IMG/VR virus record: IMGVR_UViG_3300044580_000075
Coordinates: 1-36,581 of that record
Length of the DNA: 36,581 bases
Strand: one strand, 5' to 3'
Source of the DNA: a virus
Taxonomy: Duplodnaviria; Caudoviricetes
The position numbers and the translations under genes were made by a program. Below, piece by piece: positions 25,544-35,533 of this stretch (position 1 is the first letter of the stretch; every line of letters begins with the position of its first letter). The notes below the pieces were generated by a model. That model worked only from the letters and a program-made list of their open reading frames with translations, did no database searches and had not been told where the DNA came from.

Positions 25544-26256
25544 AAGTCAGTCACGAGAGGATAATTAGACGGTAGTCTAGGACCACGTCGTTCAGGAACT
25601 ACTGTTCCAGCCACACCCATAATCAACCTCTTAGGAGGACTAGTCGACTTCTTATCCCATTTGTTTCTCGCAATGAGATAATCCTGCCAGTACTTCTCTC
25701 CTAATGCCTCGTTTTGTACCTCCATCTGAAACTTATAAAGCTGAGATAAGCAGTAGTTAACTGCTATAGTTTTGCTGTAAGTAAGGGGAGCTGGAAGCAA
25801 GCTACTCTCGTTAACTATATCTGCTCGATATGTAGTATAAACTAAGGTAACTGGTTTAAGATTCCAATCAGCACTCGGCTTACGAAAGAATCGAATACTT
25901 CTAGGTGCGTCGAAGTCAAGTACATACCATCGAGGATCTCCTACTTCAGTTTGCCAGGTAGACGAGAAGTTCATTAACTGATCAACTGTTGTAGGGTAGA
26001 TATCTTCTCCGTTGTAGTCCGTTAAGCTCCTAATCTCATACAAAGACGTAGGAAGAGTATACGTAGCTACTCCTGTAGCAAATACTAAAGCAGAAGTACT
26101 CTTCGCTACGAAGACAGGAGTATTCTCAGTCATATCGACTAAGAAGTTGTTAATCTCTCCTAATACCTTCGAACGAGTAAGAGCTAACGGCTTCTTAACA
26201 TTCTGATTAAGCTTGAACAATACCTCATCAATTACTTCTTTAGCGCTTACTGACAC
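25537..26256 (-). CDS. head-tail adaptor / tail tubular protein A-like
   Basis: Helical N-terminus, G..TY.LP, G.PRWY, F..P pattern, position after capsid genes. Confidence 0.7.
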   Translation of the reverse strand: MSVSAKEVIDEVLFKLNQNVKKPLALTRSKVLGEINNFLVDMTENTPVFVAKSTSALVFATGVATYTLPTSLYEIRSLTDYNGEDIYPTTVDQLMNFSSTWQTEVGDPRWYVLDFDAPRSIRFFRKPSADWNLKPVTLVYTTYRADIVNESSLLPAPLTYSKTIAVNYCLSQLYKFQMEVQNEALGEKYWQDYLIARNKWDKKSTSPPKRLIMGVAGTVVPERRGPRLPSNYPLVTDLW

Positions 26257-26422
26257 GATAAAACTCCTTAGCTATTTGAGAGTCAAGAAGTAAGTCTTCC
26301 TGAGAAGGATCGATTACGACTTTATCGAAGGTAGCATCTTCGAAAGGCAAAGCTCGAAAGTCAGCAATTACTCTAGCCAATCCCACCCACATGTTTTTAT
26401 CTTTATCGATTACTAAGTTCAT
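26240..26422 (-). CDS. 60 aa fragment resembling the middle of a SAM-dependent methyltransferase
   Basis: GGAGG RBS, ATG 26422; ADFRALPFEDATFDKVVIDP...EFYRV.K; no motif I glycine loop. Confidence 0.5.
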   Translation of the reverse strand: MNLVIDKDKNMWVGLARVIADFRALPFEDATFDKVVIDPSQEDLLLDSQIAKEFYRVSKR

Positions 26423-26431
26423 ATGTCCTCC

Positions 26432-26471
26432 AAAATTGGGTAGGAGAAATAGCCGATCTACTCTCCTACCC
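26432..26471 (-). terminator. probable terminator after the capsid genes
   Basis: Inverted repeat GGGTAGGAGA (26438-26447) / TCTCCTACCC (26462-26471), followed on the - strand by AATTTT. Confidence 0.7.
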
Positions 26472-26497
26472 ATTACACCTACAGTATCATCAAGAGG

Positions 26498-26896
26498 TTA
26501 CTTTACGAGCACCCAGATCGTCGCCGTGCCAGAGGCTATCGCCTCGAGAGCATAGAACTTATGCCCGATTGCATGAGCTCCACCGCGGATAAGCTGACCG
26601 GTAGTGGTCGGAAGGAGATACTCTCCAGCTGCAATTGCAGTTCCTGAACCAACTACGATTGAAGCTTGTACGAGTCCTCTTATCACAACTCTACCTGTTT
26701 TACCTGCTGACTGAGCCTGATCTACCAATCCAATGATAAGAGACTCCTCAGTAGAGTTGGTAGCTTTCTTTACGGTATACCCATCAACGCCTGACATATC
26801 CCACTGGACGCAATCACCTGCAGCTAAATCAGCTGCAAACTTCGCGTTGACATATTCACAATCCTGTCCTTTTGAGAGGGTTTTAGATTCCATCAT
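26498..26896 (-). CDS. capsid decoration / cement protein
   Basis: 132 aa right after the capsid gene; AAGD.V, IG.V..A..AG..G.V...G, AG..L....G pattern. Confidence 0.7.
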   Translation of the reverse strand: MMESKTLSKGQDCEYVNAKFAADLAAGDCVQWDMSGVDGYTVKKATNSTEESLIIGLVDQAQSAGKTGRVVIRGLVQASIVVGSGTAIAAGEYLLPTTTGQLIRGGAHAIGHKFYALEAIASGTATIWVLVK

Positions 26897-26903
26897 TCAC
26901 CTC

Positions 26904-27950
26904 CTATGACCTTGCGGTATCTTCGAGGATACCATGCTTACGACGATTGGAGATTGTCGTATTCCCATACCACAGAATCAAGCAGCTTCTCGCATCCTGG
27001 TTCTGAGGAGTCACCCACGGAGTACGTACGAAGTTCTTGCTCGCCGCATACCTCATCTTGAGGAACTTGGAGTTCAAGAAAATCAACGCGTTGTGAGAAT
27101 CCGGATCGGTGCAGTACGCGGTGCGGAAGTTCTCATCCCAGTACAGGTTGCAACCACGGAACTTGAGATGTTGGAAGCCAGCCGCAGCCGCTTCAGTATC
27201 CTGCAAGGTTTCCATGTATTTCAACGTAGCAAGGTTTGTTTCATAATTCTGGAACATTGCCAGACTGCAGAGCGCTACGTCAGGAGATCCGCCGGTACCC
27301 TTCGAGCAATCGTTGTACAGCTTCGTCATTGCGACCACGCCGGTTGCTCTTGCTGAGGTAGAATCAATCCACGTAAACGGAGTACTTCCGTTTCCGATAT
27401 ATTTGTTTCTCCACCATGTGTCGACTGCAGAGTTAATTCCACCAACCTGATATGAATCAGGGGTGGCAGATACTAACGCTGTCAGGCCTGCCGGATCTTT
27501 CGTCGACGATTTCTGAGTCTGATTGTATCTTCCAGTTCCGAACATAAATGTCGAGAACTTCTCCTGGAAGCTCATCTCGAGCTGCATGATCTTCGAGCTT
27601 ACCAACGAGATCAGATTACCCTTTCCGGCATTCTGGAACTCGCTCAAGCCATCGATCACGACTGAACCACTCACCTGTGCCCACGGCCACAAAGTCGCCG
27701 TAATGCCTTCCTGAGGTGAGAGATCCAACGTATCATACCTTTCGTACGATTTAACCGTGTTGTTACTCCCGTACATCAAGGGCTCGATTATCTGAATGCC
27801 ACCACTCTGAGGAGTGTAGCATCCCTTTCTCTTCAGCTCGAACATCGCTGGAGTTTCTTTGAAAATGTTATCGACGAGAGTATTCATGTACAAGTCAAGA
27901 CTTGTAGATACTATCTCGTCAAAGGTCCTGGTTTCTGTTACATCCGCCAT
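26904..27950 (-). CDS. major capsid protein (HK97 fold)
   Basis: 348 aa after the scaffold; DNIF..TP, GG..I..PL.Y, GL..LV, GGIN...WWRN, GF..L.F.G, FLN, NRR.HG. Confidence 0.9.
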   Translation of the reverse strand: MADVTETRTFDEIVSTSLDLYMNTLVDNIFKETPAMFELKRKGCYTPQSGGIQIIEPLMYGSNNTVKSYERYDTLDLSPQEGITATLWPWAQVSGSVVIDGLSEFQNAGKGNLISLVSSKIMQLEMSFQEKFSTFMFGTGRYNQTQKSSTKDPAGLTALVSATPDSYQVGGINSAVDTWWRNKYIGNGSTPFTWIDSTSARATGVVAMTKLYNDCSKGTGGSPDVALCSLAMFQNYETNLATLKYMETLQDTEAAAAGFQHLKFRGCNLYWDENFRTAYCTDPDSHNALIFLNSKFLKMRYAASKNFVRTPWVTPQNQDARSCLILWYGNTTISNRRKHGILEDTARS

Positions 27951-27962
27951 CTTTCTTCTCCT

Positions 27963-28757
27963 TTATTTAAGTCCATATTTGTCTGCGACAAATGATAAAG
28001 CATCCTCTGGACGCTTAAACTTCGGAGCGTTTGAGAAGTCTGGTTTGTTTCCTTGATTTGTCTGAGGCTGACCAAATCCTCCTCCCATCCTACTCTGAAG
28101 TAGAAACGCTGAGTCAGGGACTCCCTTACCATTCATCGTTCGATCACTTTTTGCCAGAGCATACGCGTCTTCCAACCTGTATGCTCGCCCTTCCGAAATA
28201 ATTCTCTCTACCTCTCCTCGAAACATCGGTTCGTGTAATCCCGGATAACGTAGATTACCTGACTCATCCAGCGTCGAGCTCATACGCTGGAGCTCAGTAT
28301 TCAACGCGGTAGCTTTAGTAGCTGCCTGAAGGGTTCCTGCCATCTGCTCGAACGGCCGAAGCATAGGCGTAACTGTTTGAGCGATGATCTGCGGAAGAGC
28401 TTTCATCAAGCCTGGAATGTCTTCAACATCATCGAATCCGCCATTCAGCTGTCCGTTAGCATTCCCACCCTGATTTCCTTGAGTGGTTCCGCCACCGTTA
28501 AGCCAGCTTACGAAGTCGGGATCCTTCAGCATTCCATCAAGAATAGCTGCCTTCCGAGTAGCCTCTTCATACCCTGCGTACTGAGATTTAATCTCGTTTA
28601 CTCTCTGGCTAACAATCTTGTTGACTTGTTCCTGAGATAACATCTTTCCAGCTTGATTTGCTGCTGGATCGTTCACCTGGCCAGGTCCTGCTTGCCCTGG
28701 AACTTCCCCACCATTCGCACCGTTTGCGCCTGGCTGTACATTTGGTTCGTTTTCCAT
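27963..28757 (-). CDS. capsid scaffolding protein
   Basis: Low-complexity N-terminus, SQEQVNKIV..R, LEDAY, position between portal and capsid. Confidence 0.75.
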   Translation of the reverse strand: MENEPNVQPGANGANGGEVPGQAGPGQVNDPAANQAGKMLSQEQVNKIVSQRVNEIKSQYAGYEEATRKAAILDGMLKDPDFVSWLNGGGTTQGNQGGNANGQLNGGFDDVEDIPGLMKALPQIIAQTVTPMLRPFEQMAGTLQAATKATALNTELQRMSSTLDESGNLRYPGLHEPMFRGEVERIISEGRAYRLEDAYALAKSDRTMNGKGVPDSAFLLQSRMGGGFGQPQTNQGNKPDFSNAPKFKRPEDALSFVADKYGLK

Positions 28758-28758
28758 C

Positions 28759-29067
28759 TTATACCCCTTTTAGTTTTATTCTCTCAACTCCGCGGTCGTT
28801 AAGATAACCAGCTACGAAGTTTTCGATCTTTTTTGCCCTCTCTTCGGGACGAGGTTTTTTCGCAACAGAAGAAGGATCGTATTCGCTCAATCCCTGCTGC
28901 TTCATTAACTCTCGCTTTTGCTGGCGAGATTCTATCCAACCCCCTAACGTATGGCTGTAGTACGGATCTTTAAAACTCGCATCGAACAAGCCACTCACGT
29001 TAGGTATTTCATCGGAAACTTTTTCAAGCTTTCCGTTGATAACTTTATATACTCCTGACTTACCCAC
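28759..29067 (-). CDS. hypothetical protein after portal
   Basis: 102 aa; G..I.SR.Q.RE.MK..G..E pattern common at this position. Confidence 0.7.
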   Translation of the reverse strand: MGKSGVYKVINGKLEKVSDEIPNVSGLFDASFKDPYYSHTLGGWIESRQQKRELMKQQGLSEYDPSSVAKKPRPEERAKKIENFVAGYLNDRGVERIKLKGV

Positions 29068-30790
29068 GACGTCCTCCTTGAATTAACTGCATGAGTTGAG
29101 TCGCCTGAGGAAGAGAATTCGACATCGGATTTACTCCTCCAGGCATTCCAGGAACCTGAGGAGCTCCAGGCATTCCATATTGATTACCTGCCCCACCTGG
29201 AAGTGAAGCTGCTCCACCAGGTCCTTCTCCTACTTGTTGCTGTCCTGGTACTCCTTGCTGAGGACCTCTACCAAGTAGGAAGTCTTTATCTCGTATATTC
29301 ATCATATTCATAGCGACTTCAACAAGAGCTTGATGTTGGATTGTTGGGTCGGCTCCAAAGGTCTGATAAAGAAGTAATCCACGCTGGAAGTCAACCGCAT
29401 CATCTCTTGGCCGAGTACTTCCTGCATGTATCCTTACATAATGCTCGCCTTGAAGCTCCCATTGCTGAATCTGTCTCCACTCCTGTTGACCATCCGGACC
29501 AACCCACTGCATCACCTGCTGATCAGGATACATCTGCTTCATTATCTCGATATCTTTATAAGCTACTTCTTCACAGAAGTCTCCTACAAGATCAGGTTTC
29601 TCACTTGCTCGAGCATTACCGCCTTGAGTAATCTGCTGAGTTTCATAAGCAGTCTTCGTGCCTGGCATCTGAGAAGCCATCATGTATTCATTTACACCTG
29701 TAATCTCTCGATGATCGTTTCGTATCGACTGGAAGTAGTTGTACACATCTCCAGACATCTGAGCATCTTGAACAGGCTTAAGTCCATCAACATCATCAAG
29801 CTCAATTACTGTTCCATCTTCTCCGCTTTCGATTGCTTCCTTCGCTTCGTTATCGGCCAAACCTTTCTGAAGTGTATACTTACGATTAAATCGCTTCGTA
29901 TGCGTCATCATAGCACTTCGTACGCGATCGAGTTCTTCTTGCTGCATGAAAGTAGGTTCGAGGTCACCTATCCCATAATGAGCGTCAATTATCTCGTTGA
30001 ATATAAGCTCAGTAAATAACGTATCAAGAGGATACGGATTCGGTCTAGGGGCAGACAAGAACTTATCGCAGTCAGGAGAGATAATCGAAATCTCACGATT
30101 ATACTGATCGTGTACTTCAAATACCTCAACTCGTTCGAATTCGTCCACTGCTCCTGGAAGAATCAATCCGCTCTGTGTACGAGGAATGCTCGCAGCCTCC
30201 CGAAGACGATCTTGAGTAGATACAGCCTTCAATCCAAGATAATGAGATGGCCATAACTCCTTCGCTTCCCCTCTACTCATAGTTACTCTTCGGAAGATAT
30301 AATACGCATCCGTAACGGACATACACCCAGGCTCCAACCAAAGGTCATAAGGAGATACTCTCGAGAGAGTTACCTCATTCCTTCCTGTACGCGAATTCTC
30401 TACTATATGAGTCATCCCATATCCGACCTTGAGAATAAGCGCATCGAGAATGATTCTTCTCATAATCTTCTTACGTCTTTGTAACGACCATAAACGATTA
30501 ACGAGGTATTGAAGTATCTCAGCACTTCGTCTATGCCAGGGCTGAATATCCTTCACGTATATAAAAGGATCTTGAGAATACGACGCTCGTAGTAGCACCT
30601 TAATCGTTGGGAACGCCATATTTACTCTTATATCTTTTCCAGCGCTAATCGTATCGGAAGGAAGAAGAAGCTCAAACTGATTGCGAGATATCTGCCAAGC
30701 AGTTTCAGCTTTATCCTTTCTAAACGTCTGAGCGGTTGATAATCTATTCGTCCACTCAGATATATCAGTAGTCCCTCTACGCCTAGCCAT
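29060..30790 (-). CDS. portal protein (P22-like)
   Basis: 576 aa after TerL; D.L...VGY, VSP.D...EP, YG.G.., TA.E, Q/G/P-rich C-terminal tail. Confidence 0.9.
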   Translation of the reverse strand: MARRRGTTDISEWTNRLSTAQTFRKDKAETAWQISRNQFELLLPSDTISAGKDIRVNMAFPTIKVLLRASYSQDPFIYVKDIQPWHRRSAEILQYLVNRLWSLQRRKKIMRRIILDALILKVGYGMTHIVENSRTGRNEVTLSRVSPYDLWLEPGCMSVTDAYYIFRRVTMSRGEAKELWPSHYLGLKAVSTQDRLREAASIPRTQSGLILPGAVDEFERVEVFEVHDQYNREISIISPDCDKFLSAPRPNPYPLDTLFTELIFNEIIDAHYGIGDLEPTFMQQEELDRVRSAMMTHTKRFNRKYTLQKGLADNEAKEAIESGEDGTVIELDDVDGLKPVQDAQMSGDVYNYFQSIRNDHREITGVNEYMMASQMPGTKTAYETQQITQGGNARASEKPDLVGDFCEEVAYKDIEIMKQMYPDQQVMQWVGPDGQQEWRQIQQWELQGEHYVRIHAGSTRPRDDAVDFQRGLLLYQTFGADPTIQHQALVEVAMNMMNIRDKDFLLGRGPQQGVPGQQQVGEGPGGAASLPGGAGNQYGMPGAPQVPGMPGGVNPMSNSLPQATQLMQLIQGGRRG

Positions 30791-32426
30791 TAGCTACTCT
30801 CCTGTCAGAATAGAATTGATTATACGTCCTCATAGCACCTCTTTTCTTTTCAGCAAATGCTCCCCATTCATCGAGAGTCTTGAAGGGATAGATTGGTTGA
30901 GAGTAGTCTACCTTCTTATCCTCGAGAGGGGCTTCGGGGAGATTTTCCACTTCAACCAATCGTTTAATTCCAATCGCGGCTAGCGAAGCAGCCATTACGC
31001 AATCGTCGAATTCTCCTTCAGGACCTTGAAGCTTTCCCTCGACTTCTTCGAATGCGCTTAACTCATGATACGTTTCGCTATTGTGAATAATTAATCCACG
31101 TCGTAAGTATAAGCGAAGAGTCGAACACATATACGGCTTAGAAGCTTGAGTAGTCAAATAACCAAGCACATTCTCCGCTTTAACTATCTTCTTGTTCGCA
31201 GGTACCTCTCGTTTATATATCTTCCATACAGGATAGATTCGTTTGAGTACATCTACGCCCAACCTACCATGATTGTTGTATTCTGGAACGACATACGCGT
31301 CGTTGTATAATCTTCCAAGAGTAGCTGCTATGTGCGAAAGATTCTCAGGAAGCGTCCAGCAATCTCGATAGATTGCGACCTGCTCCATCGCGTCCATATC
31401 GTATACATCAATCACAGCGTAGTCTTGCCCAACACCTCCACTATAATCTACTCCAATCGTATACCTATGCCCGGCTACTGGTTCTCGATAAATAATCGTC
31501 TTACCATCAAGTCTAAGAGGAGCTATTGGCTCAAACCTAAACTTCCCAAAGTACTTCGATCCCGTCGACATAAACGCTTCTTCAATCGTAGTCGGATACT
31601 CCTGCTCAAACAACTTTTTCCCATCAATGTCGTCAGGCGATTCCATATAATCCTCTCGCTTAGTAACATACCACTTCATCTGTGACCAGCTGAGGTTATG
31701 ATCTTGCATACGAACCAAATCTTCATCCATAAGAGTAATCAACTCGTTCTCGAAGACTGGAAGCTGATTGTCCGGATCATCATACCACGGATAAAAGTGA
31801 AGAGTAAAGCTTCCACGTCCGTTAAACGCTTTGTTAACAAGCTTCTGGAATCGATTAAATCCATTCGCAGTTGACTCAAGCACAACTCGCTTTGCGTGTG
31901 CAGCAGCTTCACCAACACCAGCCATAGTAGACTTCAAATCAGCGTAGAAAGCTGCTTCAGATAAATGCAGATGCGTAATCGTATCACCACGACCAAATTC
32001 CGAACTTCCAGCTGTACCAATGTAGAAGGTCGAATCCGTACGTGGGAAGGAGATTTCATTTCTCGAGTTGTATCCAGTCTCAGGCTTACCACCACGCATA
32101 TGCTTGATTATATATCGAACTGTTTCAAGATGCTTCTGAGTTGAAGGAGTATCCTGAGCAAGTATAACAGCTCGTGTATTCATCTCAGTAAGACATGCAG
32201 CGAGAAACTCTCCTTTGATATACGTAGAGAATCCCTCTCTCCTTGCCTTAAGAATGATATCACGAATAGTACAAAGAGTTGAGTACTTCGTCTGAACTAA
32301 GTTCAAATGGAAGGGCACACGTATAGCTTTCTTATTCACAATCTGGAACATGTGTTGAATTACTCTATCACATGGTCGTGGATAAACAAGCATTAACGTG
32401 CACCACCCCTTACTGGATAAAGCCAA
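30783..32426 (-). CDS. terL: terminase large subunit
   Basis: LN..Q, KARREGFST Walker A, LHLSE Walker B, ESTANG, GVD..GG...D, E.N..G, DD.VMA. True start may be ATG 32393. Confidence 0.95.
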   Translation of the reverse strand: MALSSKGWCTLMLVYPRPCDRVIQHMFQIVNKKAIRVPFHLNLVQTKYSTLCTIRDIILKARREGFSTYIKGEFLAACLTEMNTRAVILAQDTPSTQKHLETVRYIIKHMRGGKPETGYNSRNEISFPRTDSTFYIGTAGSSEFGRGDTITHLHLSEAAFYADLKSTMAGVGEAAAHAKRVVLESTANGFNRFQKLVNKAFNGRGSFTLHFYPWYDDPDNQLPVFENELITLMDEDLVRMQDHNLSWSQMKWYVTKREDYMESPDDIDGKKLFEQEYPTTIEEAFMSTGSKYFGKFRFEPIAPLRLDGKTIIYREPVAGHRYTIGVDYSGGVGQDYAVIDVYDMDAMEQVAIYRDCWTLPENLSHIAATLGRLYNDAYVVPEYNNHGRLGVDVLKRIYPVWKIYKREVPANKKIVKAENVLGYLTTQASKPYMCSTLRLYLRRGLIIHNSETYHELSAFEEVEGKLQGPEGEFDDCVMAASLAAIGIKRLVEVENLPEAPLEDKKVDYSQPIYPFKTLDEWGAFAEKKRGAMRTYNQFYSDRRVANG

Positions 32427-33022
32427 GGCTTTCTCGATGCTATGTTGTTGTAGTAATTGTAGAACATATCAAGCATTTCTCGATTCTTAGCATCTGTAAG
32501 AGCCTTCTTAATCATTTGAGTTTTTCGTTCTGCTTCTAACGCACCTGAACCGCTACCTGTCCATAAGTTTAAATTAGACTCCTTAGGTAGAGTTATCTTA
32601 GTATCTTTAGGTCCATTCTCTCCTAACTTATACTGTAAGTACTTTATAGCCATCAATGCGTCAGCTTGCTTTGGAGCTATAGTATAATAATTAGGTTGAG
32701 TCATCTTACGCCATTCTCCACCTGGCATTTTATATACTTTCTGAGCAGCGGGAGACAAGCCATATCGAGTAGTAAGCTCGTTAACTGGCTCGTAAAAGTC
32801 TCTAACTCTATCTGGATGTAAAGCTCTGTCAGTCATTCCATAATCTCGTCTACCTTCTCGAAGAGCTGTAGCCAGGAGAAGTTTTGGAGACACCTTCAGC
32901 TGATTAGCATGCTTCATAAGAGCGGCCGCACGAGCTAGCTGCTCGATATCATTACGCGGAGCTATCTCAGCCTTCCAATTCTTTGGATACCAAGGAGGAC
33001 TGTAAGTTATGAATTCGTTCAT
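32393..33022 (-). CDS. hypothetical protein with lysozyme/SLT-like N-terminal motif
   Basis: A...KVSPKLLLATALREG resembles the helix-Glu motif of SLT-fold muramidases; the rest is not recognised. Confidence 0.5.
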   Translation of the reverse strand: MNEFITYSPPWYPKNWKAEIAPRNDIEQLARAAALMKHANQLKVSPKLLLATALREGRRDYGMTDRALHPDRVRDFYEPVNELTTRYGLSPAAQKVYKMPGGEWRKMTQPNYYTIAPKQADALMAIKYLQYKLGENGPKDTKITLPKESNLNLWTGSGSGALEAERKTQMIKKALTDAKNREMLDMFYNYYNNIASRKPWLYPVRGGAR

Positions 33023-33061
33023 GTTAACCTTTCTTGCCCCACCATCTACGTAGGGCGTCGA

Positions 33062-33328
33062 TTAGTTTTTTATTAAAGCTTTTAAGCCTGTTGGCTTTGC
33101 CGGAGGAACTGAATCGATTACAATCGAAATCGGGTCAGTTAACTCAGATTCATTTCCTGAGGAATCTACCGCTGATACTCGATAGGCATACGTACCATCA
33201 ATTCGAGAAAGAGTAAGTAGATGAATAGGATGAGCAATCGTATCGATTACAGTTCCGTTCTCGTATACCTTATACGAAGCTATGTCTGGTTCGGTATTAA
33301 GATTCCAACTTATTTCGATTGTCTTCAC
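33062..33328 (-). CDS. stand-alone fibronectin type III domain protein
   Basis: SW..N.E.D.A.YKVY...Y.YRVSAVD.SGNES...D.VPP..P.GL. Confidence 0.85.
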   Translation of the reverse strand: MKTIEISWNLNTEPDIASYKVYENGTVIDTIAHPIHLLTLSRIDGTYAYRVSAVDSSGNESELTDPISIVIDSVPPAKPTGLKALIKN

Positions 33329-33759
33329 TTCTTCGCTCCTATCTGCTTGGTGTCAGTTCCCTTCGCTTTATCGAACGATCGCATACCGCCTACACCAAGC
33401 ATAGCAAGTAGTACCGTCGACATAACACTCATATCAATCTCAGGCGCATCAGCACCAGCCGTTACCAACAAGGGACGAACTATCATAGCATATAAGAAGC
33501 CTGTTCCACAAACCCATCCTATAAATGGTCGCCAACCAGCAACCCACATACTCGCTGACTTCGCCTCTTCAAGATTAATCGCAGCTTGCTGAGCCATATT
33601 CTCATACTCAAGTTTAAGCTCTTCTAACTGCCCATCCTGCTGGAGCTTCATAAACTCTAGTTTAGCCTTCGCCGCAGCATCCTTGTCCGGGAATATCTTA
33701 TCGATGACTTTACTCCCGAAGTCAAAGATTGAACCTAAGCCAGCTACATCAAGTCCCAT
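33325..33759 (-). CDS. holin, 3-TM GTA-type family
   Basis: IDK.FPD, N..EA.S....GWRPFIGWVCG, MLG.GG.RS.DK. Confidence 0.85.
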   Translation of the reverse strand: MGLDVAGLGSIFDFGSKVIDKIFPDKDAAAKAKLEFMKLQQDGQLEELKLEYENMAQQAAINLEEAKSASMWVAGWRPFIGWVCGTGFLYAMIVRPLLVTAGADAPEIDMSVMSTVLLAMLGVGGMRSFDKAKGTDTKQIGAKK

Positions 33760-33761
33760 AC

Positions 33762-34226
33762 TTACCTCTGTTTAATCTCAAAGTAGTTCTCAGAAACAAA
33801 TGTCTTCTTTATACTTCGTATAGGGTTGACATGGTAGATTAAAACCGCGATAACCTTATACTTCCCGGGCGGTACTTCCTCGCTTAATCGAACCGACTTA
33901 CTAGTCTTTGTGTGCCCGAGTGGAGTATTAACCATTCCACTTTCAACTGTGTACATTGTACGCAAACTGTTTGTAGTTTGTAAAGGAATCAAATTCACAT
34001 AATACTCTGCGGGCTTATCGATATACTTATCAAACTCCCATGAAGCAGACACTACGTAGCCCAAGTCATAAGGTCTCTTTGCTACATTCGTAATATTAAA
34101 CTTACTGAACTCGACTGTTTTGTATGGGTAGAAAATCCACCACAAAGCTGTTATTAAGGCCATGATTACAAATATAAATGATAGATACAACAAACACGTT
34201 ACGACTGCGTTTTTAATATCCATCAT
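33762..34226 (-). CDS. membrane-anchored protein in the lysis cassette
   Basis: N-terminal TM helix then a beta-rich domain (PPG.Y...Y..NP). Confidence 0.65.
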   Translation of the reverse strand: MMDIKNAVVTCLLYLSFIFVIMALITALWWIFYPYKTVEFSKFNITNVAKRPYDLGYVVSASWEFDKYIDKPAEYYVNLIPLQTTNSLRTMYTVESGMVNTPLGHTKTSKSVRLSEEVPPGKYKVIAVLIYHVNPIRSIKKTFVSENYFEIKQR

Positions 34227-34510
34227 CCGAGAAGTCCTCCTAGTATCTTTGCGCCTGCTGCAAGGGCTCCAGCTACCACTGCCGTTATCACAATAGCAAT
34301 AATCGCATCAACTTGCTTCTTAACTGGATTAAACTCTGCCTTAGTAGTAAAGTTATTCTGAAGGTTATTGTTTAACTTATCTACCGTAACAGTAAGCGCA
34401 TCCATACTCTTCTCGTTGTTATCGAGTTTCTCGGAAAGCACTGCCACCTTAATCGCGAGTTCAGTCATATCAACGTCCACTATACAAGCTCCAAGTGAGG
34501 CAAGTCCCAA
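34223..34510 (-). CDS. coiled-coil + C-terminal TM protein (holin/antiholin-like)
   Basis: Heptad N-terminus, EF.PV, hydrophobic C-terminus; true start probably GTG 34480 or ATG 34468. Confidence 0.65.
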   Translation of the reverse strand: MGLASLGACIVDVDMTELAIKVAVLSEKLDNNEKSMDALTVTVDKLNNNLQNNFTTKAEFNPVKKQVDAIIAIVITAVVAGALAAGAKILGGLLG

Positions 34511-34875
34511 CCATCGGGGTCAGTGTCCATATTCCAGTTACAGCCAACGCGAACCTTAATTCCCTTCGCCGCCGCAATAGCTACTGCCATGCCCATCATG
34601 TAGAAGAATGCCGCTCGATTGTCCCACCTTATGTGTGGCTCTTTATCAAACCAAGGCGCAAGGTCAACTGCTCTAGCTGGCAAGTGATTATGCTTCGACT
34701 TTGGCCAAGGAGTCTTCGACTTACCCTCTGCAACAGCTTTGTTCTGATCTGCTTCTCCCCTGAAGGTACAAAGTACCTTACAGTTGAAAATCTTAATAAG
34801 CTCGTTGCAGATATACTGCAAGTCAGGATGCGCAGCTTTTAATAGTCGAGTAGACTCCTCTCCAAACTTAGGCAT
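34480..34875 (-). CDS. endolysin, peptidase M15 family (L-Ala-D-Glu peptidase-like)
   Basis: HPDL, R....Q, SKH, AVD, W...D.PH.EL zinc-peptidase motifs. Confidence 0.9.
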   Translation of the reverse strand: MPKFGEESTRLLKAAHPDLQYICNELIKIFNCKVLCTFRGEADQNKAVAEGKSKTPWPKSKHNHLPARAVDLAPWFDKEPHIRWDNRAAFFYMMGMAVAIAAAKGIKVRVGCNWNMDTDPDGWDLPHLELV

Positions 34876-35519
34876 TAGGCCTCACCGTCGTCGTATTCAA
34901 CCTTGAACGAATCTGAGTCGACTGTGTTCTCGTCGATATCAACACTGAAGGTAACTTCGATTGTAGAATCGACTGCTACATCCTCATCCTCATCTACCGG
35001 ATCGGTAGATGCCACTGTCATCGTATCACCAATCGTAAGGAAGGTAAGTACGACAGCTTCAGCAAGTGTCTCTTCGTTTGTTCCCTTCACAGCTACGCCG
35101 ATAGTGACTTGGATATTCTGGTTGTAGCCCAAGTCGCTTGTCGGAGTGAATGTAACCACATTATCCACTACCGCAAACGATCCAGCGATTACGGAAGACG
35201 TATCCGCATCGATAATCACGATATTAGTTGCATTAACTGTTGTCTCGTCAATATCAGCGCTGAACACCATCTCGATTGTAGTATCGACTGCAACCTCAGT
35301 CGCATCGTCACTTGGAGTCGATTCGCTCAGAAGAAGCACCGCATCAATCGTTGTGAACGAAAACTCATAATTTGTTGCAAGTCGCTGATTTGCAGTTCCT
35401 CTTACTCCTGTCGTAACCGTTACAAGTATCTCTGTATTGTTGGGCAGATCACTTGTTGGAGTAAAGGTAACAACTCCGTTTACAACTCCGAAAGTCCCTG
35501 GTATAGCTACTCTTGCCAT
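34875..35519 (-). CDS. Big_5 Ig-like protein, permuted: C-half / full domain / N-half
   Basis: aa 61-163 form a complete Big_5-like domain; aa 1-58 repeat its second half and aa 166-214 repeat its first half. Confidence 0.85.
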   Translation of the reverse strand: MARVAIPGTFGVVNGVVTFTPTSDLPNNTEILVTVTTGVRGTANQRLATNYEFSFTTIDAVLLLSESTPSDDATEVAVDTTIEMVFSADIDETTVNATNIVIIDADTSSVIAGSFAVVDNVVTFTPTSDLGYNQNIQVTIGVAVKGTNEETLAEAVVLTFLTIGDTMTVASTDPVDEDEDVAVDSTIEVTFSVDIDENTVDSDSFKVEYDDGEA

Positions 35520-35533
35520 CTCTCTTTTCCTTA

